Part shown: in pieces, positions 56,189-64,000 of the stretch | Position numbering within the stretch: the first letter of the stretch is position 1 | Layout: the number at the start of each line of letters is the position of its first letter | From: Pachysolen tannophilus NRRL Y-2460 | Taxonomy: Eukaryota | NCBI GenBank assembly: GCA_001661245.1 | Contig: KV454011.1 | Location: 1,714,041 to 1,778,040 of the forward strand | Direction of reading: 5' to 3' | Length of the DNA: 64,000 nt | The notes under the pieces: model-generated | Seen by the model: only the letters and a program-made list of their open reading frames with translations | What the model was told of the DNA's origin: nothing | The model's database searches: none | Translations under genes and position numbers: made by a program

Positions 56189-56231
56189 GATTCAAATCAA
56201 TAGCTTTTTATTTAATCTATATACAGTAAAC

Positions 56232-56648
56232 TTATTTCTTTATAGCATTTGGATTTTGGAAAAGACTCATGAAATCTTTAACATCGTCTTCCTTTAATTC
56301 AATTCCTGCCTTATCCAATTCATTTTTGAAATTAACCAAACTTGCTTTTACATCCTTGTCTAATAAAAGCTTCACTTGTTGCATCATGGTCAATTTAGTC
56401 TTATCAAATCCCTTTTCCCTTAATAAAATACTGGTTTTTTCCAAAGCAAGCTTAACATTCTCATGTTCATTCAACTTATTAACCAATTTAACAACCCTTT
56501 TCTGAGAATCAGAAAGTTCAGAGTTGAATCTTTTACCTTCAACAAAATTAAAACAGGATCCAGTTGGATTCGTTCTAGTAGTGACTTTAAAGGAAGAACC
56601 CAAAGTTACACGTTTCCCGAGCAGTCTCAACGATGATCTCAAAAACAT
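56232..56648 (-). CDS. Small hypothetical protein with mitochondrial-presequence-like N-terminus
   Basis: 138-aa ATG-initiated ORF. Arg/Ser-rich, acid-free N-terminus (MFLRSSLR...KRFNS) followed by a helical-looking domain. Confidence 0.7.
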   Translation of the reverse strand: MFLRSSLRLLGKRVTLGSSFKVTTRTNPTGSCFNFVEGKRFNSELSDSQKRVVKLVNKLNEHENVKLALEKTSILLREKGFDKTKLTMMQQVKLLLDKDVKASLVNFKNELDKAGIELKEDDVKDFMSLFQNPNAIKK

Positions 56649-56959
56649 TTCTATAAATTAGCTTCTTGATTCAAATCACAAAAAGGGACAATGATTTCTT
56701 TTCCGACAGATTATCACTGAAGCAAATGAATAAAATAAAATTTAAAATTAAAAAAAATAGGGTTTGTTCAGTTTATAAAACGAGCAAAAAAATGAAAAAA
56801 AATCCAAAAAAAAAAAAAAAAATTAAAAAAATGAAAAAAAATCGAAAATTTAAAAGAAGTGAGTGAACATTTTAATTTTTGTCATATATATTATATATAT
56901 ATATAAATATATTTCTTTTACTTTGTGATATAACAGTAGCATAATATATATTTTTGAAA

Positions 56960-57811
56960 ATGCCGACATTAGAAGAAATTGAAGATGTTGAGGATATTGA
57001 TGATTTAGATATGGATTTGGCTGAATTTGATCCATCGTTAAGGACACCAATAGCACCCGCAAGACCTCAGCCAACGGTAGTAAGATCTTCAGATAATAAC
57101 AACGAACCATCATTATTTCCGCAAATGGGGAATAATCCAATGATGGAGAAAATGTTTAGTGATTTCCAAGCAGCGTCTGCTGAACAATCTCGAGAATCAC
57201 AACAGCCACAACAACAAAAGAGACAAACACCATTTACTCAAGAGCAGATGGAAGAAATTAAAAGAATGCAAATAATTTATCCATGTTATTTTGATATTAA
57301 TAGAAGTTGTAAAGAAGGTAGAAAAGTGAACAAGAAGTATGCTGTTAGTAATCCATTAGCCAAGACAATATTAGATGCTTGTAGATCAATGAAATTAATT
57401 TGTGTTATAGAAGTTGATAAATCACACCCTCAAGATTTTGGTAATCCTGGTCGTGTTAGAGTGTTGATAAAAGAAGAAGGTGATGCTGTGTATAAGGAAA
57501 AATTCAATAATAAGAGAAGATTATTGGAATTGATTGGGGAATATCTTGTTAGAGATGAAAATAAGACAACATTAAGGAAAGTTAAAGATATACCGCCTGA
57601 AGCCATATCAAAAGATTTACAAGGATATGAACCTGAATTAATTCCAAAAGTTAAAGGTTTTAAAATGAATGAGATTGTTCCTTTATATTCTCCTTTACTT
57701 ATTAAGATTCCTCAATTTAAGATGATTTATGAAAAAGAATATATGGAGAAACCTAAAATTCCTGTTGCTCCTCCTAAACCTAAAAATAAGTATATGCAAG
57801 TAAGGAGATAA
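56960..57811 (+). CDS. SEC65: Signal recognition particle subunit Sec65 (SRP19)
   Basis: MPTLEEIED, IYPCYFDINRS.KEGRKV, NPLAKTI, KSHPQDFGNPGRVRV. Convergent with URA5. Confidence 0.94.
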   Translation: MPTLEEIEDVEDIDDLDMDLAEFDPSLRTPIAPARPQPTVVRSSDNNNEPSLFPQMGNNPMMEKMFSDFQAASAEQSRESQQPQQQKRQTPFTQEQMEEIKRMQIIYPCYFDINRSCKEGRKVNKKYAVSNPLAKTILDACRSMKLICVIEVDKSHPQDFGNPGRVRVLIKEEGDAVYKEKFNNKRRLLELIGEYLVRDENKTTLRKVKDIPPEAISKDLQGYEPELIPKVKGFKMNEIVPLYSPLLIKIPQFKMIYEKEYMEKPKIPVAPPKPKNKYMQVRR

Positions 57812-57873
57812 TAGAAAATATTTATTTAAAAATATAAAACTAATTTTAATTTTTAATTTTTTTTCTTGGATTT

Positions 57874-58599
<726 letters not shown>

Positions 58600-59359
58600 T
58601 TATAATAATAGCTAATAATACCGCTAGAAAATTTTTAATGTGTTGAAAATTTTCGTCTGCCAACAACATCTCGGAGTTAACTTTTTGACCGGTCACCGAT
58701 AAGGAAGAAAGAAAGAGGACATAAAGGTTTAATACCCATTTTTTTTACTACTACTACTACTACTATTTGAAATGATGGGATGACACCATTAATGATGATG
58801 AAAATGAAAGATGTGTGTGTGATGATTAACTTTTCCTGATAATGATGACCTGATAAAATCTATAAACCTTAGTAGTAGCAGTAGTAGTCTTAGTAGAAGT
58901 CTTGGTAATTTTTTTTAACAAATTTTTTTGATCACACCTATAATATTGCTGCTTTAGGTGAATCTCCATCTATTTACCAGAAGGCGAAGGTCACAGCAAC
59001 AGCTAGTACTAATGGGATTTTCTAACAAATCGCTAGCATGGTACAGACAATCCGTAATTAGCCTCAAGTTTGTTTTAACTTGCAGCAGGATGAGTTTAGA
59101 TGCCCCGTTGAGATTGGAAAATTGCACTACTCAAAATAATCATGTTATCAATTTTCGATCATGTTTCTTCTCACATAGTTTTCCCATAGGTCACTTGTTT
59201 AAAGTTTATAGATAATTTAAAAAGTACATAAACCACAATAATTTTCAAATTGGTAATGAAAAATTTTTGATTTTTTTTTATTCTCAAACATTTAGCTAAT
59301 TATTGCTTAACACAAATAACAATTCAAATTTATATAATAATTTTAAAAAATTCCCCACT

Positions 59360-59908
59360 ATGACAAAAAAAGATAAGGAACACAAGTCCGGATACACCAC
59401 TGCACCAACAGAACCGACAAAGTTAGTTGAAATTAAGGATAGACCAAAACATAAGTCTGATGATCCACCATTGAGGAAATTTGATAATTTGGAAGCTTTT
59501 GAAAGTTATCTTAAGGATGAAACTTGGGACAATGAATTTGATTATATTCATGCTCAATTAGTTTATTACCCCCCATTTGTACTTCATGAATGTCATGATG
59601 ATCCAGAAAATAATTTTAAACCATCAATGACAAATTTAAATAAAAAATTTCTTAGAAATTTACATCATCATGTCGATAGACATTTATTAGTTGAAATAAA
59701 ACGTTATTCGGGTGTAGAATATGATTTTGGGAAATCTGTTGAAGAACATACTGCAGATGGTAAAGTAAAATGGCATTTTAAAGATGAATCAAACCATGGT
59801 ATCCCAGAAGAATCTTTACATGACAGAAAATGGAAACTAGAGTTAACTGTAGAATCTCATAGCAATGACTCGTTAATTGTTGTCGACTTACAGACCGTTC
59901 CATTGTGA
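59360..59908 (+). CDS. RGI1: Respiratory-growth-induced protein (Rgi1/Rgi2 family)
   Basis: MTKKDK start, DETWDNEFDY.H....YYPPF, HHDDPE-like CHDDPE, HH.D.HLL..IK, W...DES.HG. Confidence 0.88.
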   Translation: MTKKDKEHKSGYTTAPTEPTKLVEIKDRPKHKSDDPPLRKFDNLEAFESYLKDETWDNEFDYIHAQLVYYPPFVLHECHDDPENNFKPSMTNLNKKFLRNLHHHVDRHLLVEIKRYSGVEYDFGKSVEEHTADGKVKWHFKDESNHGIPEESLHDRKWKLELTVESHSNDSLIVVDLQTVPL

Positions 59909-60189
59909 TGACTAGTCAATACGATGATATATAAATTTATATAAATATAAATAATTATATATATAAAGCCTTTTTTATCTAACATAATGAATGTAATGCG
60001 GCTGCAAACGCCCCTTTAATTTTAATAGCCCCAGATGTTGAATATTAGAAACAGTTAAAACAGTTTAACATTGTATCATATATATATTGATATTGATTGA
60101 TATTGATATTGAATTAGTGGTAATCTAAAGGTGATATTGTTGGTTGCTGGTTGCTAGGTGTTAGGTGTTAGTTGTTGTTTTTTTTTATT

Positions 60190-61170
60190 ATGCCGCCAAG
60201 TAGAACTCGGTCAGGTGTGTCGTCGACTGCACCATATTCAATAAAGCCAATGTTGAATATTTCAAAAACAATAGAAAGGCTTACATCAAATAAAAAGAGA
60301 CTTTCTGATGAGAAATTATCTACTAATAAGACTATTGAGTTTTTCAGTGAAATTAAAAACAAAAGGTTGAGATCTTCTCCGTTAAAAGAAAATCCAAATT
60401 TTTCCATATACAATACATATTGTCCTTATGATAAGGCAAGGTTATTACGAAGAATTCATTCTTATGGTGTTTTAAATTGGACTATAGATGATGATAGATT
60501 AACTCCATTAGAATGTGCACGATATGGGTGGATATGTTTTCCTGCTGTAAACGGTAAAAATCACTTGAGGTGTGTTACTTGTAATTCTTCGCTAATAATT
60601 AAATTAAATGAGCAAGCTATAGATGATGATGATGATGATAATGATGATAATGATAGAGAAGAAAAATTTTCAGAAGAGTTAAATGCAAAGCTTATATCTT
60701 CATATTTGGATAAATTATCTACTGATCATACTGAAAATTGTCCATGGTCGATTAATCCAACTCCATATTCTACATATCTGATATCATCATATGATTATCA
60801 AGAGGTTTTAACAAAATTAGGGGAAACTATACAAGAATTAAATTCAAATAAAGATAAATTAAAGGGTAATTTTAAAAAAATTTTAAATTTTGAAGAATTA
60901 AAAATTTTAAAAGATTGGACAAATAATGAATATGAAGATAAAATTTTAAATATACTGTTATTAGGTTGGAAATTAAAAATTCAAGAATTTGGTACCAAAA
61001 AAATAATATTTTTACAATGTAATACTTGTAATAGAAGAATTTTACTTGATGATAATCATCATATTGAAATTAGTTCTGATATCGACAAGGAAGAAATTGA
61101 TCTTTGTGGTGAACATAAGCAATGGTGTGCTATCAAAAATGGTTATAAATCTATTTTACTGCTTATATAG
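60190..61170 (+). CDS. PML39: C3HC/BIR-like zinc-finger nuclear basket mRNA-retention factor (Pml39/Rsm1/NIPA family)
   Basis: CPYD...LLRRI.SY, LTPL.CA.YGW, C..C...H...CPW, second module GW...C..C.R...H..WC. Near URA5/SEC65, as in S. cerevisiae. Confidence 0.8.
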   Translation: MPPSRTRSGVSSTAPYSIKPMLNISKTIERLTSNKKRLSDEKLSTNKTIEFFSEIKNKRLRSSPLKENPNFSIYNTYCPYDKARLLRRIHSYGVLNWTIDDDRLTPLECARYGWICFPAVNGKNHLRCVTCNSSLIIKLNEQAIDDDDDDNDDNDREEKFSEELNAKLISSYLDKLSTDHTENCPWSINPTPYSTYLISSYDYQEVLTKLGETIQELNSNKDKLKGNFKKILNFEELKILKDWTNNEYEDKILNILLLGWKLKIQEFGTKKIIFLQCNTCNRRILLDDNHHIEISSDIDKEEIDLCGEHKQWCAIKNGYKSILLLI

Positions 61171-61194
61171 AATTTTATGATGATGCATTTCTAT

Positions 61195-62061
61195 TTAATC
61201 ACTATCAAGAAATAACATTAAATTTGATGTTGCTGTTATAAGCAAATTTAATTTCTCTTCATCTAATTGTGATTTCAATTTTGTATTTGTTCCAATATAT
61301 TTTAAATAATATGAAAATTTATTAATTTCTTTTAATATTTCATCATCATTACCTTCAATTTTTTCTAAATAATTAATTATTATGTTTAATTTATTATCTA
61401 ATTGATTTAATCCATTTTTAATAGAATTTTTTTTATTTTGTATCGACTCCACAGGTTCGAAATTTTTATTATTATTACTTATAGAAAAAGAATTTATAGT
61501 GTCCAATGTAACTTTTTCACTTGGTAATGTTTTAAATTCATAACTCAATTCATTTGTTAATAATCGTTTATTAATAACATCAATAGGTGTAATATTATGG
61601 AAACTTATAGGATAATCATCTTTATTTAACGCCAAGGGATCAATTAATAAGTAAACCAAACTACCTTTTTTTTGTAAAATCTCATTGATCAATATCGAGT
61701 TACTTATAATATTTATCAATTCATTTCCATTCCCATTGTCATTTTTTTTATTATTATTATCAATTTGATAAATTCCTAAAAAATCATGATTCGGGTATAT
61801 AATCTTAAATTGTGCCAATCTTTCTTTTAAAAATCTTTCATCTATTAATTTTTCATCACTTAATGGTATCTCAAAAGAATTAATAACGGAAACTAAACCA
61901 TTATTTGTTCTCACTCCCAACAATCCACCAATTAACAATGGCGGTAAACATAATTTTCCTTGCTTATCATTTTCCTTCAACAGTAAAGTAACCCTGGTAA
62001 AATAATCACAAATACTTATAACAGTAAGAGGATGAAGCAAAATATCAGAATCTGAGGACAT
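61195..62061 (-). CDS. MPN(-) domain protein, COP9 signalosome subunit 6-like
   Basis: LHPL.VISICDYFTR, IGGLLG, INSFEIP, FL.ERL.QFK.IYP..DFLG.Y, E...LD, coiled C-terminus. No JAMM metal ligands. Confidence 0.75.
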   Translation of the reverse strand: MSSDSDILLHPLTVISICDYFTRVTLLLKENDKQGKLCLPPLLIGGLLGVRTNNGLVSVINSFEIPLSDEKLIDERFLKERLAQFKIIYPNHDFLGIYQIDNNNKKNDNGNGNELINIISNSILINEILQKKGSLVYLLIDPLALNKDDYPISFHNITPIDVINKRLLTNELSYEFKTLPSEKVTLDTINSFSISNNNKNFEPVESIQNKKNSIKNGLNQLDNKLNIIINYLEKIEGNDDEILKEINKFSYYLKYIGTNTKLKSQLDEEKLNLLITATSNLMLFLDSD

Positions 62062-62189
62062 ACAGCCAAAAAAAAAAACCCAAATCAATAATTACTATTA
62101 ATATTATTATTAGTTTGTACCTGATTGTAAAGTAATTTATTCACTAATGAATTTGTAAATAAAAAGAGAGAAAAAAAAAAATTAACAAG

Positions 62190-62261
62190 GGGGCGAGCTG
62201 GGAATTGAACCCAGGGCCTCTCACACCCAAAGCGAGAATCATACCACTAGACCACACGCCC
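62190..62261 (-). tRNA. tRNA-Pro (anticodon TGG), intronless
   Basis: GGGCGTGTGGTCTAGTGGTATGATTCTCGCTTTGGGTGTGAGAGGCCCTGGGTTCAATTCCCAGCTCGCCCC folds into a 72-nt cloverleaf with A/B boxes. A T-run terminator follows. Confidence 0.97.
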
Positions 62262-62618
62262 TCGAGATAATAAAAGGTTCCTTCGCGAAACAAACGTAAG
62301 ATGCCAGAAACCACCCAAATCAGCCTAAAAAATGGCAATGAAAAAAAAAAACACCCCCAATAAATCTCAATTAACACAATTCAACTAATACTATTGTATA
62401 CAAGAACAGAAATAGATTTTTTGAAAAGAAGAGAAAAAAAAAATAGAAAACAAATTAAAGGTTTACAAAGATCTGCTTTTCGATTTTTTTAACATTCACA
62501 ACATTGGGAAAAAGAGATTACCATTTCATTTCGTTCCGTTTACAAGTAGAAAAGAAGAAAGAACAAAAGGTCGTGGACCAAAATTTAAATTGGGGAAATT
62601 AATTAGCTTGACGATGTT

Positions 62619-62626
62619 GGTGGCAA
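62619..62626 (+). promoter_or_regulatory. Rpn4 PACE element (GGTGGCAA) upstream of RPT2
   Basis: Exact core about 110 bp upstream of a proteasome gene ATG. Confidence 0.7.
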
Positions 62627-62733
62627 TCAACAATAATAATATAATAAGTTTTTACACTTGTTATATAAGTAAAATATAACTATTATAATTTATTCTGAAA
62701 TTATAGAAAGATAGTTGGAAGAAAAAAAAAAAA

Positions 62734-64000
62734 ATGGGTCAAGATGCATCAATGCCGGGCGGCAATAAAGATAGGAAGAAAGATGATAAGAAGAAAGAAA
62801 AGCCAAAGTATGAGCCGCCAGTTCAATCCAAATTTGGTAGAAGAAAGATAAAAGGACCTGCCACAGCAGCTAAATTACCAAATGTATATCCTAATACTAG
62901 ATGTAAATTGAAATATTTAAAAATGGAAAGAATTAAAGATCATTTGTTGTTGGAAGAGGAATATGTTACAAATCAAGAGAATTTTCAACCAACAGAGGCA
63001 AAACAAGCTGAGGAAAGAGAAAAAGTTGATGATATTAGAGGAACGCCAATGTCAATTGGTACTTTGGAAGAAATCATTGATGATGATCATGCTATTGTTT
63101 CTTCATCTTCAGGCCCAGAGTATTATGTTTCGATATTGTCATTTGTTGATAAGGGATTGTTGGAACCAGGTTGCTCAGTATTGTTGCACCATAAGACTGT
63201 TTCAATTGTTGGTGTTTTACAAGATGATACAGATCCAATGGTATCAGTTATGAAATTGGATAAATCTCCAACAGAATCATACTCTGATATTGGTGGTTTG
63301 GAATCACAAATCCAAGAAATTAAAGAAGCAGTCGAATTACCCTTGACACATCCAGAATTGTATGAAGAAATGGGAATTAAACCTCCTAAAGGTGTTATAT
63401 TATATGGTTCTCCAGGAACTGGTAAAACATTATTGGCTAAAGCTGTTGCAAACCAAACAAGTGCAACATTTTTAAGAATTGTTGGATCTGAATTAATTCA
63501 AAAATACCTTGGGGATGGTCCTAGATTATGTAGACAGATTTTTAAAGTTGCCGCTGAACATGCACCATCAATTGTGTTTATAGATGAAATTGATGCTATA
63601 GGTACAAAGCGTTATGAGTCAACTTCAGGTGGTGAAAGAGAAATCCAAAGAACTATGTTGGAATTATTAAACCAATTGGACGGTTTTGATGATAGAGGAG
63701 ATGTTAAAGTTATTATGGCCACAAATAAAATTGAAACTTTAGATCCTGCTTTAATTAGACCAGGACGTATAGATAGAAAAATTTTATTTGAAAATCCAGA
63801 TCCTACTTCCAAGAGAAAAATTTTGAATATTCATACAAGTAAGATGAATTTATCAGATGATGTCAATTTGGAAGAATTGATAAACGCAAAAGATGATTTA
63901 TCAGGTGCTGATATAAAAGCAATATGTACTGAAGCTGGGTTATTGGCATTAAGAGAAAGAAGAATGCAAGTAACAGCTGAAGATTTTTCATCTGCAAAAG
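62734..64000 (+). CDS. RPT2: 26S proteasome AAA-ATPase Rpt2 (PSMC1); 3'-partial
   Basis: Not in the ORF track because it is open to the window end. MGQ start, [49 protein letters not shown]. Confidence 0.97.
   Translation, partial: MGQDASMPGGNKDRKKDDKKKEKPKYEPPVQSKFGRRKIKGPATAAKLPNVYPNTRCKLKYLKMERIKDHLLLEEEYVTNQENFQPTEAKQAEEREKVDDIRGTPMSIGTLEEIIDDDHAIVSSSSGPEYYVSILSFVDKGLLEPGCSVLLHHKTVSIVGVLQDDTDPMVSVMKLDKSPTESYSDIGGLESQIQEIKEAVELPLTHPELYEEMGIKPPKGVILYGSPGTGKTLLAKAVANQTSATFLRIVGSELIQKYLGDGPRLCRQIFKVAAEHAPSIVFIDEIDAIGTKRYESTSGGEREIQRTMLELLNQLDGFDDRGDVKVIMATNKIETLDPALIRPGRIDRKILFENPDPTSKRKILNIHTSKMNLSDDVNLEELINAKDDLSGADIKAICTEAGLLALRERRMQVTAEDFSSAK

Noticed and set aside
58771..58853. Cluster of TGATGA and CTGA words resembling a C/D snoRNA
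   Set aside because: Lies in (GAT)n/(GT)n low-complexity sequence, box spacing is too tight, and no rRNA-complementary guide was recognised.

Overview
Very AT-rich, gene-dense, relatively intron-rich budding-yeast (Saccharomycotina) chromosomal segment. It holds about 33 protein genes, one tRNA-Pro(UGG) gene and no recognisable mobile element. Gene order: CTS1 (5'-partial), EFM7/NNT1, RPS30, two tandem DUF202 membrane-protein paralogues, COQ11, DBP9, a Mn-type CDF transporter, ECM15, GAC1/PIG1-like, GLN4, a probable RED1, RPS28, MET22, a YGL242C-like ankyrin protein, TAD1, STS1, RCF3, WDR8/WRAP73-like, a 5.6-kb gene-free region, a Con7-like C2H2 factor, MUP3, YBT1/VMR1, RPL2, SBP1/RNP1-like, PTI1, RNA15, DST1, a small mitochondrial-type ORF, SEC65, URA5, RGI1, PML39, CSN6-like, tRNA-Pro, RPT2 (3'-partial). 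Eleven spliceosomal introns in nine genes were reconstructed by hand. Main observations: (1) TAD1 runs in frame, through a single TAG, into the conserved N-terminal helix of an ankyrin gene that has no start codon upstream of that helix. This implies two proteins from one locus, by alternative splicing with the stop codon as 3' splice site or by readthrough. (2) In-frame CTG codons fall at positions that are Ala/small in homologues, so CUG is probably not Leu (CUG-Ala, Pachysolen-like code inferred; Ser not excluded). (3) A Red1-like protein apparently lacks its N-terminal globular domains. (4) MET22 has an optional signal-anchor N-terminus. (5) PTI1 and RNA15 sit in tandem. All gene names come from recalled homologue sequences and synteny; no database search was run.
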